Notes: a model not told the origin generated them from the sequence alone. 64,000 bases of DNA from Alphaproteobacteria bacterium (GCA_045536135.1 JAZSNA010000003.1:45108-109107), one strand, 5' to 3'. Counted from the first letter of the stretch, positions 28,035-38,411 are shown. Program-made: numbers and translations.

Positions 28035-29063
28035 CTAGCCAATGGTTGCACACAATACCGCATTCGGACGGTATGGAACGACTAATGGTGCTGACTGCAA
28101 CAATAACCAACGAACGGAAGGATCTTCTTCCAACCAAGACTTGGTAAAGTAACGAGTAGCTGTCCAGTTTGCTTTTTCGTCGTGGATTGCACCATAGCAA
28201 CGTGTTCCGTCTAAGCCATCACGAGAACCGAGGATGACAGTTTTTGAAGGCAATAAGTTTGTGGTTTGACCGGCATCATTGATATAACTGTCATTATAAA
28301 CATAGATATCAAAGTCACCGATAGTCCCAACATAACGAGCCTTGCTGTCTTTACCACGAGTAATCGGGTCAGCATTTAAGGTGTTGTTGGTGCCTCTGCG
28401 GTAATCCAAATACTTTTCAACCGTTGAATTTGAACGGAAGATTTTCCAAGCATCAGGATCCATAACCACTGTTTTTGCAACCACACCGGCCTTGTTTTGA
28501 ATTTCAGATGCCCAGTCCTCAAGGTTATCAAGAGGTTTAACACCAGATGTGGCCCATGTGTTGGAACCAACCAAGGCCTTAGTCAAACTGGCATCACGCC
28601 CAAATGAAACTGTCGTGGACGGATAACCATCGCCCGAAACAATAGTTTGTCCGGTTCTTAAGATTTCAGCGGCCATGACTTCTTCACGACGAGTGAGGTT
28701 TTCCAACTGGTCCTGTAAAGTTGTGGCCAAAGCTCTTTCATAACGTTGAGCATTTGATAAGTTGCCACCGATAACTTCGCCGGCCAAACGCTTGAATGGA
28801 ATGTTTGCATCAAAACGGCGTTTGTCTTTAACATAGGCCGGTTTGAATGATTTGGTTGTGTAACCTTTATTGTCGACCACTTTACCAGGAAGCAAAGGAG
28901 ACACAAACGGCGTGATGCGAGGTTTACTGTCTGTCACATCAAAGTAGATTTCCTCTTTTTCAGAGGTTTGGACATTCGGGAAGAATGTATCCAATAAGAA
29001 AGATGAAGGGGTTGGTAAGTTTTCAACGACCTTCGATAAAACATGAGTAGAAAAAATATCCAT
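28035..29063 (-). CDS. major capsid protein (lambda E-like)
   Basis: 342 aa (lambda E is 341 aa). It is preceded by a 112-aa D-like gene and an S49 protease gene. Confidence 0.65.
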   Translation of the reverse strand: MDIFSTHVLSKVVENLPTPSSFLLDTFFPNVQTSEKEEIYFDVTDSKPRITPFVSPLLPGKVVDNKGYTTKSFKPAYVKDKRRFDANIPFKRLAGEVIGGNLSNAQRYERALATTLQDQLENLTRREEVMAAEILRTGQTIVSGDGYPSTTVSFGRDASLTKALVGSNTWATSGVKPLDNLEDWASEIQNKAGVVAKTVVMDPDAWKIFRSNSTVEKYLDYRRGTNNTLNADPITRGKDSKARYVGTIGDFDIYVYNDSYINDAGQTTNLLPSKTVILGSRDGLDGTRCYGAIHDEKANWTATRYFTKSWLEEDPSVRWLLLQSAPLVVPYRPNAVLCATIG

Positions 29064-29065
29064 GG

Positions 29066-29404
29066 TTAAGCTCCTTGGTTAGTTTTTACAAAAATGCTTT
29101 TATCTCTGAGCTTATCTGTCAGAGTTGCCACATCAACAGAGGCTTTCAAAGCTGATGCGTTAAATTCGCCGGTTAAATAAATAACAGCTTGTTTATCTTC
29201 ACTTGATGCATCAACAGTTTCAGCTAAAACAGCCTCAGGGTTATCAGAGCAGATGGTGTATTTACCGTCTGATTTGCTTAAGATTGTGCCTTTTTCATAG
29301 GAACCACCTGTAATGGTTGCTAAGATGCCAACCCTTGGAAATTCGCCTGCGAGTAAGTTATCGGCCGTTGAAGTTCCTAAATCCTTAAATCCTTGTACAG
29401 TCAT
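29066..29404 (-). CDS. head decoration protein (lambda D-like)
   Basis: 112 aa (lambda D is 110 aa). It lies directly upstream of the E-like gene. Confidence 0.45.
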   Translation of the reverse strand: MTVQGFKDLGTSTADNLLAGEFPRVGILATITGGSYEKGTILSKSDGKYTICSDNPEAVLAETVDASSEDKQAVIYLTGEFNASALKASVDVATLTDKLRDKSIFVKTNQGA

Positions 29405-30516
29405 TATTTGCCCTCCATAGTATATGATGCAATACGAGCAGCGACCATATCCGGTGTTTCTTCCTGTTCTTCAACAGAAGGCGAAATGTTCGGATTTGGC
29501 ACGCTTGCCATGGCTTTTTCAAAGTCAGTTGATTTTTGGGCTGTCGGAATGGTTCCTAACACCGCCAAAATGTCAGAAGCTGACATATCTGTTTTTGCGA
29601 GTAACATCTGAGCCGTTTCTTCTTTGCCTTTTACAAGCTCGGAAGCAAACACTTGGCTCATGCGTTCACGCTCGGCCATCTTAATATCCTCGGCCGAAAA
29701 GGTGGGTTTTTGTTCATTCATGAATGATTTCTCCATTGGGTTAAGGTCTGACACCAATTCCTCAAATGAGGACAAGCCGTCCGCCAGACCGATACTGACG
29801 GCTTTTTGCCCAACAAACACATCTCCACCACCGAAGTTTTCAATAACTTCCTTCGGGGAGATATCTCTGTTAAGTGCAACTTTATTGATAAAAACATCAG
29901 CCAACGCATCAACGTGTTCTTGAATTTTGGCTTTACCTTCTTCGGTTTCCACGTTCGGACGTTTATTTGGACTTTGCGATGAAACAATCTCTATGGTTTT
30001 ATTTTCATCGTCCTTTTCAAAAATGGAAACGACACCGATTGAGCCGATGACCGCCGTATCGGTTGCATAAATCTTGTCACAGGCTGAGGCGATCCAGTAA
30101 GCACCAGAGCAACAATAACCGGATGCATAAGCAATAATTGGCTTTGTGCCACGAGCCTTATAAATCATATCGGCAACTTCCGAACAGCCGTTCACTTCGC
30201 CACCCGGACTGTCAACATCAAGCAAAATAGCCTGAACAGTTGGGTCTTTGAGTGCTTTATTAAAATCTTGAGCAAAAAGCTCATAAGAGGTGGCACCGCA
30301 AATGCGAGTGAAAAGGTTCGCATACCTGAATAATGGCCCGGTTACCCTGATAACAGCAACGCCGTCTCTTATTGAAACGGCGTTTGTGTTTTTCATCTCT
30401 TTACCTAATTGACTGGCGACTGCTTCAGGGCTTTTGTTGTTCTGCCTCGCTATCGTCATCATCGTCTGCAACATCTCGGGCGTTATTGCCCAAACTGTCT
30501 TGTTTAATAGTTTCAT
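29404..30516 (-). CDS. prohead protease/scaffold, peptidase S49 (lambda C-like)
   Basis: SppA-type motif SPGGEV...ASGYCCSGAYWIASACD with nucleophile Ser and Lys. Position between the portal and D genes. Confidence 0.65.
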   Translation of the reverse strand: MKLLNKTVWAITPEMLQTMMTIARQNNKSPEAVASQLGKEMKNTNAVSIRDGVAVIRVTGPLFRYANLFTRICGATSYELFAQDFNKALKDPTVQAILLDVDSPGGEVNGCSEVADMIYKARGTKPIIAYASGYCCSGAYWIASACDKIYATDTAVIGSIGVVSIFEKDDENKTIEIVSSQSPNKRPNVETEEGKAKIQEHVDALADVFINKVALNRDISPKEVIENFGGGDVFVGQKAVSIGLADGLSSFEELVSDLNPMEKSFMNEQKPTFSAEDIKMAERERMSQVFASELVKGKEETAQMLLAKTDMSASDILAVLGTIPTAQKSTDFEKAMASVPNPNISPSVEEQEETPDMVAARIASYTMEGK

Positions 30517-31933
30517 GGTTTTCTCCTAATGTTAAACCTAATTCGGCAAGTTTGGCTTTTTCTCTTGCTCTTTGCTCTAAAACTTCTTCCCAGTCTAAGC
30601 CTTGACCGGCACATTCAGCCTCTAAGGTTGAAAGTCCTATCTCCATTCGGATTTGGCAGGCTTGGGCTTCCTTAACCGGATCAACCCAACCACGACCCGG
30701 ACCGATCCACTTACATCTTGTGTATGCATAGCGGTTCTCATAAAAGTCAGGAGCATCAACTAATCCTTTATTAACGACTTCTTCTAGCCATAGTTCATAA
30801 ACCGGTGTTGCCCAGTAATCGGACAGCCATTGACGGCGACCGTTGAAATATCGCCAAGCTTCTAACAAGGCAGAACGGGCGGATGAGTAATTGGTCTTTG
30901 AGAAGTCTTTTAACAGCAACTCATACGGAATGTTTAATCCGGTTCCGATGTGTCGGAGCAAGTTTTCAACGAAAGCACCATATGCCGAGTTCGGGCGAGA
31001 CGGGGTAAATGGGGCGACCTTATCTCCGGGGAATATCGGAATAATCGAACCACCCTCTAACTTGACCTGCCAATCTTTTTTGGCATTCAAGTATTCATCG
31101 CTTGAACCACCGAACAGTTCGTTTAAGCCTTCATTATCCATCGGCGTTTCAATAAATGCGGCAATCATTGCATTCACAATGGCGGCCTGCAGTTCTGACC
31201 GCTCATAATGATCGAGCATTTTGAACATCGGCATAATGGCACTTAGGACAGGCTTTCCACGATTTTGACCAATTCGGCTGATATCGTGAACGTGTAGAAC
31301 TCGTCTTCGGCCAAAAGGAGTAAAAGCCGAAATACGCTCCCAAGACGCAGTTCCTGTCCAATAATCGCCCGGATGGTCTTTTTGAATGTGATAGGCAATG
31401 GGGGCTCCATACTTATCAATTTCAATACCACCTCGGAGTGTTTTGGTATCGCTGACATTGTTGGGGTTTGATAATCTGTCAGGCTCTACCAACTGTATGG
31501 CCGTTGAAAAAGGTCTGTCTTTCAACCATAACGGCAAAGCCAAAGCCTCGCCATTGATAAGGCAGGACTTGAAAACTTGTGTCGTTAGGCCATGAAAGTT
31601 TAACTTCTTGGCGGCATCGCAGTTAAATGTTTCAGCCCATGAACGCCAAAGACCTTCCACCTTTGCTTGCCATTCTTCTTCCCATTCTTTGGTTTTACCT
31701 AATGCTTTATAATCCGGCTTGACCGACAAACGAAACCCTGTACCGACAATGTTATCGGATAAGGTTTGCATGGCACCCGAAGCCACACCATGGTTACGGG
31801 CCAAATCCCTTGAACGGGCAACAATTGTATTTAATTCCGGTAATAGGTCGCTGTCCGCCGACCCACGTCCGGGGAGCCAAGAAGCAATCTCTCTTAAAGA
31901 GTGCGAGGCTGATTTATGTGATGTGTCTGTCAT
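30425..31933 (-). CDS. portal protein (lambda B-like)
   Basis: 502 aa. It lies between the W-like and C-like genes, and overlaps the C start as in lambda. Confidence 0.65.
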   Translation of the reverse strand: MTDTSHKSASHSLREIASWLPGRGSADSDLLPELNTIVARSRDLARNHGVASGAMQTLSDNIVGTGFRLSVKPDYKALGKTKEWEEEWQAKVEGLWRSWAETFNCDAAKKLNFHGLTTQVFKSCLINGEALALPLWLKDRPFSTAIQLVEPDRLSNPNNVSDTKTLRGGIEIDKYGAPIAYHIQKDHPGDYWTGTASWERISAFTPFGRRRVLHVHDISRIGQNRGKPVLSAIMPMFKMLDHYERSELQAAIVNAMIAAFIETPMDNEGLNELFGGSSDEYLNAKKDWQVKLEGGSIIPIFPGDKVAPFTPSRPNSAYGAFVENLLRHIGTGLNIPYELLLKDFSKTNYSSARSALLEAWRYFNGRRQWLSDYWATPVYELWLEEVVNKGLVDAPDFYENRYAYTRCKWIGPGRGWVDPVKEAQACQIRMEIGLSTLEAECAGQGLDWEEVLEQRAREKAKLAELGLTLGENHETIKQDSLGNNARDVADDDDDSEAEQQKP

Positions 31934-32172
31934 TAGAATGCCACCTTTATCATACGTCTGCGAGAGGTTGTCGTTTTACCTTCGGCCACCGCAATTTGAG
32001 ATTTTAGACTTGAGATATAACTTTCCAAAGCCGCTCGTGAGGTTTGGTTGTAGGTCACCGAACCGAAATTGCCGACATTGACCGAAACTTCCTTGGCTCC
32101 GATGAGCAGTTTATGGTAGGCTTCTTCTGCCTCAGCCAATCGTGTTTTGAGTAATTCTTTATCTATAACCAT
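31933..32172 (-). CDS. head-tail joining protein (lambda W-like)
   Basis: 79 aa, helical. It lies between the TerL and portal genes. Confidence 0.35.
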   Translation of the reverse strand: MVIDKELLKTRLAEAEEAYHKLLIGAKEVSVNVGNFGSVTYNQTSRAALESYISSLKSQIAVAEGKTTTSRRRMIKVAF

Positions 32173-34106
32173 GGATTATCCACCTTTGTTGGTTGCATTT
32201 GAATAAATCGTTTTTTCTTTTGAACCGGAACAGCCGAGCTTTTGGCCGGAATAACGGCTTCTAACTCTTGCCATGCCTTTTCACTTAATCGGTCTAGGCC
32301 ATAAATTGCAGCTCCGGCACGAGCATAAACTCGGCAGTCCAACGCTTCGTTTCGTCTTGCCGGATCCTTTTCCCATATGGGTTTTGGATAGCCATTGCTG
32401 ATTTTCACGACCTGACGTTCAGCGGTCAGCTGTTTGAAGTATTCCTCCGAGTATTGGGGGAAATGGCATCGTCCGAAATCCGTTGCATTTTCACCAATGC
32501 GTTCCATCTTCAACCACCGGTAAAGTTCGGTCTTAACAACCGGACCCGATACGTTCCAAACCTTCAGGCCTTTCTTTTTCGTGTCGGCCTTAGAGGTTGA
32601 CAAGAGCATTGCGGTGTCTCGGCTTTGACCTTTAATCGCCACAACTGTATGAGGCTGACTGGCTCTTGCACCGGAACCACCCCAAACAGCTTGGTTAAAG
32701 TTTTTGACGAAGTTATAAACGTCTTGGGTTGCATAACCGGAGTCAACGCACATCACCCGAATGGGCATCGTGATACCGCTTTCGTGTGGGTAGTCCTTAT
32801 GAAGCACATTTTGTAATTGCCGCCATACGTCAGGTTTTGCCGTATCGCCGTCAAGAACAAAATACTCCACCGACCAACTTTGCTTTTGTCGTCCCCAAGC
32901 CACAACCTCGCATTCGATACGGTCTTTTTGAATATCCACACCGGCGGTCAGGAATAGGCCACCGCTTGGAACCGTTCCAATCGGGTATGTTTCCCTTGTT
33001 TCATACAGGCGTTGCCATTCAGGTGCATCACTTTCTTGTTCAAAGGTTTCACCCAAGATGGTGTTTTGAAAACCTTGTATTAAACTCGGGTTTTTCTTGG
33101 TCTTTTCGTAGATGTCCACACATTCTTTCCACGACAACCACCCAACCGGAGAGTAAAGCGATGACAAGTGAAATCCTGCCGTTATACCATCGCTTTGGGC
33201 AGTTGCCTGCCAATGGCCATTTGCCAGCATCTGCGTTTTATAATGCTCGCCGATGAGTTTATTACAATGTTCGCACTCATAATAAACATTATCGCCTTCA
33301 GCTCGTATCTGTGACCATTCCAACTTTTGAAATCCGCCACAATAAGGGCAAGGCACGACATAGTATCGTTTATCGGAGTTTTCAAACTCACGCTCTATAT
33401 TTGATAAACCCTTGATGGTTGGGGTTGATACCAAGAATATCTTTTTGCGTTTGTTAAAAGTTGCGGTTCTTCGCTCGGCCAAAAGAATTGGATCACCTTC
33501 GCCGTCAATGTCCTGAGGGTAGCCGTCCACTTCGTCCATAAACAGGTAACGAGCCGGCATGGAACGAAGTCCAACGGCCGAGTTTGCACCGGTCATCACA
33601 AGTACGCCGCCTTGAAAGTCTTTTGACAGCATTGTGTTGCCTTTATCCCGAGAGCGAGGTGAACTGACCAGATTTTTTAACGCCGGACAGTCCTCGATCA
33701 ACGGGTCAATACGTTGACGAGAGTTACGCTTGGCCATTTCCACAGTTGGCGACACCGCCATTATTGGACCGGGAGCCTTGTGCATGATATATCCGATCCA
33801 GTTATTGCCGCATTCGGTTCCGCCGATTTGGGCTCCTTTCATAAAGACAACTTTCTGTATCGGGCTCTTGGGCGATAAACAGTCCATAATCTCTCTTAAA
33901 TAAGGCGTTCTTGATGTTCGCCAACGTCCGGGTTCGGATGCCGATTTACTGGACAGGACACGATATTCATCGGCCCAGTCTGACACCGACATATATGAAT
34001 CCGGTTCAACACCACGAAAAAACTCGCCTTCAATATAATCTGCCGCATCAAAGTTCTCGGTCGATAACGTCCTTGCTTTCTGATAAGAGTTTTCGGATAT
34101 ATTCAT
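32163..34106 (-). CDS. terminase large subunit (lambda A-like)
   Basis: 647 aa with Walker-B-like YLFMDEVD and C-terminal nuclease-like acidic residues. It follows the Nu1-like gene. Confidence 0.75.
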   Translation of the reverse strand: MNISENSYQKARTLSTENFDAADYIEGEFFRGVEPDSYMSVSDWADEYRVLSSKSASEPGRWRTSRTPYLREIMDCLSPKSPIQKVVFMKGAQIGGTECGNNWIGYIMHKAPGPIMAVSPTVEMAKRNSRQRIDPLIEDCPALKNLVSSPRSRDKGNTMLSKDFQGGVLVMTGANSAVGLRSMPARYLFMDEVDGYPQDIDGEGDPILLAERRTATFNKRKKIFLVSTPTIKGLSNIEREFENSDKRYYVVPCPYCGGFQKLEWSQIRAEGDNVYYECEHCNKLIGEHYKTQMLANGHWQATAQSDGITAGFHLSSLYSPVGWLSWKECVDIYEKTKKNPSLIQGFQNTILGETFEQESDAPEWQRLYETRETYPIGTVPSGGLFLTAGVDIQKDRIECEVVAWGRQKQSWSVEYFVLDGDTAKPDVWRQLQNVLHKDYPHESGITMPIRVMCVDSGYATQDVYNFVKNFNQAVWGGSGARASQPHTVVAIKGQSRDTAMLLSTSKADTKKKGLKVWNVSGPVVKTELYRWLKMERIGENATDFGRCHFPQYSEEYFKQLTAERQVVKISNGYPKPIWEKDPARRNEALDCRVYARAGAAIYGLDRLSEKAWQELEAVIPAKSSAVPVQKKKRFIQMQPTKVDNPWL

Positions 34107-34563
34107 CTAACACCACCACCGTTTTGTGTTCGTCTGTTTCCAATGCCGCCGCAATGAGAGCTCCGTACCTTGTTGGAAACGAAACGAACAAATCTCTTAA
34201 TGATCTGCCTAGGTTGAATGCGTGTAATCCTGCCTTTTTGCGGTCAATTGTTTCTCCTGTAATCATTTTGAGCTTTGCCTTGGCAAGCATAGCTCGATAA
34301 TAAATGTCTGCCGTTTTTGCTTGTTGAAAGTTTGACATCCCGTTTTTGGGCATGCCACCGCCGTCAGATGTTTCAAATAATGGATCAGCTTTTCTGCTTT
34401 TGGCTGGGTCAGTGTTCATGAACCATTCCTTATTGGCTTCCTCCACATCAATTTTCCCATCAGGCGTTTTATGTATGCGACCGGAGTTAACGGCTGTCTG
34501 AACTGCATTAAGTCGAACCCCACGCATTCGGGCATATTCCCGAAGTGAAACCTTTTGTCCCAT
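34048..34563 (-). CDS. terminase small subunit (lambda Nu1-like)
   Basis: 171 aa with an N-terminal HTH (SLREYARMRGVRLNAVQTAVNSG). It is the first gene of the late operon. Confidence 0.5.
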   Translation of the reverse strand: MGQKVSLREYARMRGVRLNAVQTAVNSGRIHKTPDGKIDVEEANKEWFMNTDPAKSRKADPLFETSDGGGMPKNGMSNFQQAKTADIYYRAMLAKAKLKMITGETIDRKKAGLHAFNLGRSLRDLFVSFPTRYGALIAAALETDEHKTVVVLDEYIRKLLSESKDVIDREL

Positions 34564-34659
34564 TTATTTTCCCTTTTATGCAACAATTAACTGGATATAA
34601 TTGTAAATCCAAGCATTCATTGTGTTGTGTTAAACCTAATCAATGAAAGGACTTATAAG

Positions 34660-35019
34660 ATGACAACACAAAAAAACAAAACCAAATCAACAGAAGTTAT
34701 AACCTTTGAAGACTTGGGCAATAAACTGACCCAAACCCTCAACGACATAACATCACCGGATATGGACATTAAAAACACTTCCAAGCAATTCAAAACGGCA
34801 ATGATGGCCGTCATGCTGACAAAGGAAGAAGGCGTTACCATAAAGGAACTAGCCGATAAACTCGGTTGGAAAGAAAACTCCGTCCGAGGGGCCATGTCAG
34901 TCTTGGCAAGTAAGCAAGTCGGAGCCACACTTACGTCTGAAAAGAAAGACGGGGTTCGCAGATACCGACTGATCGCTATCGCACCCGAGGTTGATGAAAC
35001 TCCCGAAACAATCCAGTAA
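34660..35019 (+). CDS. hypothetical protein (possible winged-helix)
   Basis: Start taken at MTTQKNK with an AAAGGA RBS. It is convergent with the GmrSD-like gene and shares a bidirectional terminator with it. Confidence 0.3.
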   Translation: MTTQKNKTKSTEVITFEDLGNKLTQTLNDITSPDMDIKNTSKQFKTAMMAVMLTKEEGVTIKELADKLGWKENSVRGAMSVLASKQVGATLTSEKKDGVRRYRLIAIAPEVDETPETIQ

Positions 35020-35020
35020 C

Positions 35021-35056
35021 AAAAAAGGTGCGGTTAACTGCCGCACCTTTGTTTTT
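35021..35056. terminator. bidirectional rho-independent terminator
   Basis: aaaggtgcgg-ttaactg-ccgcaccttt is a perfect 10-bp stem flanked by an A-run on the 5' side and a T-run on the 3' side. It sits between convergent genes. Confidence 0.6.
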
Positions 35057-37115
35057 AACCATCTAATTGTTCATTTAACGCTTGCGATATGATTGATATA
35101 ACATAATCAATTTTAGTTACATCATCAATATGTATTCCGACTTCTCCTGTTCCCCATCGTCCTTTGCCTTTATAATCAACGCACATTCCTTCGGGGTCAT
35201 GTATTTTATCAAAATCAATATTGACATTTATGAATAAAGCATTTTTTTGAGGAACGATATCAACAAAATTTGTATCAGCTTTATATGCAATATATAACTT
35301 TGTATATTCTCTTTTGACCGAGGAATCTAAGTTCATTATTTTTTTATCAAGCTCATTATATAAACTTAATGTTTCTTCTGAAAAACTGTCGGAATAAATA
35401 TCAAAAGTGTATTCACTTCTTTTTTTTAATGGTTTTTCTTTATATTGCTGTAGTACTTCTTCTGATACAGAAGGGAATTTCCAAATTTGAATAGCATTTT
35501 TAGATAGAATTTCTGCTCTTTCTTTAATTTTGTCAGCATTCCATTCAGTTTGATTGCGAATGTAAGAATTTAAACGCAAACCAGTATCAGAAAATCCGCC
35601 CTTCATAGTCAATTTATCATTAAACGATCTATCACTCATTTCTGAATTATAGGCAGTTAGTGTTAAATTTCCTATGGTGTGGAGATATTGTGTATGAATT
35701 GCTTGCCAATCTTTACCAAGAGCTTCCTTCCACCCATTACGTAAATTTTCATTTTCAGGCATTACGTGTTCTATTGTAAATGATCCAAGATCAAGTTTTT
35801 CCTTGTTGTCGTATCTTTCAAGTTTGCCAAGTATGTATTGACGGATACGCATGTGATAAATATCTTTTTCTACAAAGCGTTGAGAAAATTCCTCATTTTT
35901 GGGAAACTCTTTATAAGAATCAAGCAAAATGTAATTTGCACATATCGAATTTACGTAATCATTTGCATTAATTTTATTCCTCATTACTGCAAACGTTTTA
36001 TTTAATGAGTTTGTAGGAATTTCACAAATTGCTCGTCTAAACACATAGCTTTCTGTAAAACGTAATATTTTTATAAAATCTTCTCTTGTTATCTTATCAT
36101 TGTTGTAATCATTGTAGACATACATAAGGAATGGATATGCAACTTCCATTCGTAAAAGTCTTATGTCTGCAAAAATTTCATTTAATTCATTATCATTTGT
36201 TTCAGAAAAAATAATGTTTGTATAGCATTTAGCGTAATTATAGATATCGTCACAGTGCTCCATATTTGTTATATTCAGACTTTGATGATATTTCTTAAAT
36301 TCTTCGTAAACATTACCTTCTTTGGGAATTCTTGAAATTTTCATAGTGATGTAGTCTCTGAAAAAACGATCCATTAGTTCCGATTGTTTTTCGTAATTAA
36401 ATAATTTTTCAGTAGGCATCCACTTTTTGTTATATAAATCTGTTTGTTCTTGGTTGCTTAATCCCATTAAAATGTAATTTCGGATTAAATCTGATTGAGA
36501 TAAATCAAGTCCTGTTGAGTTTAAGCTCTCAAAAATAGACTGAGGATTGTCTGAAGACGGGTCGAGAATAATATTAACAATTTGCAGTTTCGCAATTGCA
36601 TTTTCTATTTGTTCTTGTGTTAAATCAGAAGAACTAATTTGTCTTGAGAAAAAGTTATAGGCATCTAATACACGAGAGTTTTTAACATCATCGATTGGAA
36701 CATTTTCTATTAATTTTATAAGAACGTCTTTATCATTGTATGTTAAAGCAAGCTTATATTTATCGTTTTCGTTTTCTGTATCATTTTTTAAGAATTTTCT
36801 TGTGATACTGCTTTTAATTCCCTGTGAGGTTAAATAATCACGAAGTGCAGTCAGTAAAATCGTTAATGTGGTTAAACGCTGTTGACCATCAATAACCATG
36901 AATTTAGATGTACCAGAGATAGATGCACTTTCAATAACACAAACAATAGAACCAATAAAATGGCCTTTTTTATTATGCTTTTCTAGGAAAACAATATCTT
37001 CCCACAATTTACTACATTGTTCTTCTTTCCAACTATACATACGTTGATATAATGGGACAATAAATTGGGTATCGCCATTGAAAATTTTTAGTACGTTTCC
37101 GTCTTCTGCCTTCAT
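35055..37115 (-). CDS. GmrSD-family (DUF262 + DUF1524) type IV modification-dependent restriction endonuclease
   Basis: N-terminal DUF262 signatures PLYQRMYSW and VIDGQQRLTTL, and a C-terminal His-Me/DUF1524-like FTIEHVMPENENL...H..GNLTL. The start is probably the ATG at 37115 (GAGGA RBS). Confidence 0.6.
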   Translation of the reverse strand: MKAEDGNVLKIFNGDTQFIVPLYQRMYSWKEEQCSKLWEDIVFLEKHNKKGHFIGSIVCVIESASISGTSKFMVIDGQQRLTTLTILLTALRDYLTSQGIKSSITRKFLKNDTENENDKYKLALTYNDKDVLIKLIENVPIDDVKNSRVLDAYNFFSRQISSSDLTQEQIENAIAKLQIVNIILDPSSDNPQSIFESLNSTGLDLSQSDLIRNYILMGLSNQEQTDLYNKKWMPTEKLFNYEKQSELMDRFFRDYITMKISRIPKEGNVYEEFKKYHQSLNITNMEHCDDIYNYAKCYTNIIFSETNDNELNEIFADIRLLRMEVAYPFLMYVYNDYNNDKITREDFIKILRFTESYVFRRAICEIPTNSLNKTFAVMRNKINANDYVNSICANYILLDSYKEFPKNEEFSQRFVEKDIYHMRIRQYILGKLERYDNKEKLDLGSFTIEHVMPENENLRNGWKEALGKDWQAIHTQYLHTIGNLTLTAYNSEMSDRSFNDKLTMKGGFSDTGLRLNSYIRNQTEWNADKIKERAEILSKNAIQIWKFPSVSEEVLQQYKEKPLKKRSEYTFDIYSDSFSEETLSLYNELDKKIMNLDSSVKREYTKLYIAYKADTNFVDIVPQKNALFINVNIDFDKIHDPEGMCVDYKGKGRWGTGEVGIHIDDVTKIDYVISIISQALNEQLDG

Positions 37116-37219
37116 GAAAATCCTCACTTTTGATATAAAACTTTTAGTATTCTATGAAATGCCAAAATAAAAAGCAACAAAAATTAAGTTTTTTGTTACT
37201 TCAATGCCACAATTTGACA

Positions 37220-37417
37220 TTATTCGACTTCAAACCATTCCATACAGGTCATCAGCAGGTGGTCGTAATTCCCGGAAGTCGCTTCAGCATAAAACTTATC
37301 TCGTTCTTCCTTAGATAAACCGGCTTGTCTCATAGCACGCAGGCAAATTCCTAAAATGCTGAATGCGTTTCCGTTTTGACCGATTAACTCGACTGTGATA
37401 TCAGGATATTTGGGCAT
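37220..37417 (-). CDS. hypothetical small protein
   Basis: Internal start MPKYPDITVE with a GGAGGAG RBS, about 65 aa. Confidence 0.25.
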   Translation of the reverse strand: MPKYPDITVELIGQNGNAFSILGICLRAMRQAGLSKEERDKFYAEATSGNYDHLLMTCMEWFEVE

Positions 37418-37775
37418 GTTTCTCCTCCAGTTCTTTAAGTTCTTGCATAATAAGTTCTCTTTCTTTGAAACCTTCTTGGCCGATATTAATGATAGCACCG
37501 CCTTCTTCCATAGAAATAAAGCAGACCATTAAATTGATGTCGTCTGCTTTTAGTTTCTCTTCAAATTCAATAATTCTTTCTCGTATTTTTTCTAGCCTGT
37601 CTTCAGCAACTGCCGTATATTTCTTTTTGTATTTTTGCTCGAATGGTTGGTAACCGTAGTAATCTCCGTTAATTTTGAAAACCGCTGTATCCACAAACGC
37701 TCTTTCTTTATCAAGAAGTTGTGCGGCGGTTTTAATTTTTGCCAAATACTGTTCCGATAATGCTTTCTTTTTCAT
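37401..37775 (-). CDS. hypothetical coiled-coil protein
   Basis: 124-aa ORF with a K/E-rich helical sequence. Confidence 0.3.
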   Translation of the reverse strand: MKKKALSEQYLAKIKTAAQLLDKERAFVDTAVFKINGDYYGYQPFEQKYKKKYTAVAEDRLEKIRERIIEFEEKLKADDINLMVCFISMEEGGAIINIGQEGFKERELIMQELKELEEKHAQIS

Positions 37776-37776
37776 T

Positions 37777-38271
37777 TTAGTTCTCCTTCCAAACTGGTTC
37801 TAAATCGCCACTTTCTAAATCGGCAGTGTATCCTTTGAAGTTTTTCAAATCTTCTTGTGAGCTAAGGCTAACCCCACCGATGGACTTGATAACGATACCG
37901 TAGGTTTTTGTTAACTTGGCTAAATCCTTTGCAAAATTCTCATACCTGCGTGTGGCCTTGGTAGGTTTGTAGGCATCCGCATCGACATAGTAATTGAAAT
38001 CCCTATGCAGGCGGTCTTTCGTCATTTTTCTCTTAAAGGCCTTGATAAATGTTTCTAAGTCGCAACTGATTTCTTCGGCGAACTCGTCTGCGGTATGGCG
38101 ACCCCATCGGCTGTCCATTAAGCCCAAAGTCTCTTGAGGGGTAAAACCGGCTTTGGTTTGGATAATCTTAAAGGCGGCATCCCATATCTCTGCCATATTG
38201 TCTTTACCGGTGTAGCCTTTGGCTGTTCCCCAAAATCCCCATTCTTTATTTTGTGTTTGTAATGTTGTCAT
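37777..38271 (-). CDS. hypothetical protein
   Basis: 164 aa with a GGAAAGGA RBS. The 73-bp repeat copy 1 lies immediately upstream. Confidence 0.35.
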   Translation of the reverse strand: MTTLQTQNKEWGFWGTAKGYTGKDNMAEIWDAAFKIIQTKAGFTPQETLGLMDSRWGRHTADEFAEEISCDLETFIKAFKRKMTKDRLHRDFNYYVDADAYKPTKATRRYENFAKDLAKLTKTYGIVIKSIGGVSLSSQEDLKNFKGYTADLESGDLEPVWKEN

Positions 38272-38299
38272 CGTTCATTCCTTTCCATCTTAAGTTTTG

Positions 38300-38372
38300 C
38301 TAGGCTATCCTTGCCTTTGCTTACACTTATAGTATTGCTTGGAATTCGAATTATATCCAGTTAATTCTGCAT
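38300..38372. repeat. 73-bp direct repeat, copy 1 (promoter-region element)
   Basis: About 85 percent identical to 39051-39123. It contains ttgcttggaattcgaa and ccagttaattctgcat, and lies immediately 5' of a minus-strand gene start. Confidence 0.55.
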
Positions 38373-38411
38373 TTATTTTGAAAATAAGTGCTTGTTTTTC
38401 AATAATTTTTA

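Noticed and set aside
15486-34300. Numerous plus-strand ORFs of 60-170 aa inside the prophage (e.g. 15486-15695, 22676-22991, 23922-24440, 29624-29923, 31719-32081, 32786-33256, 33911-34300)
   Set aside because: All lie antisense within long, motif-supported minus-strand phage genes in GC-rich DNA where spurious ORFs are expected. None has an RBS or a recognisable motif.
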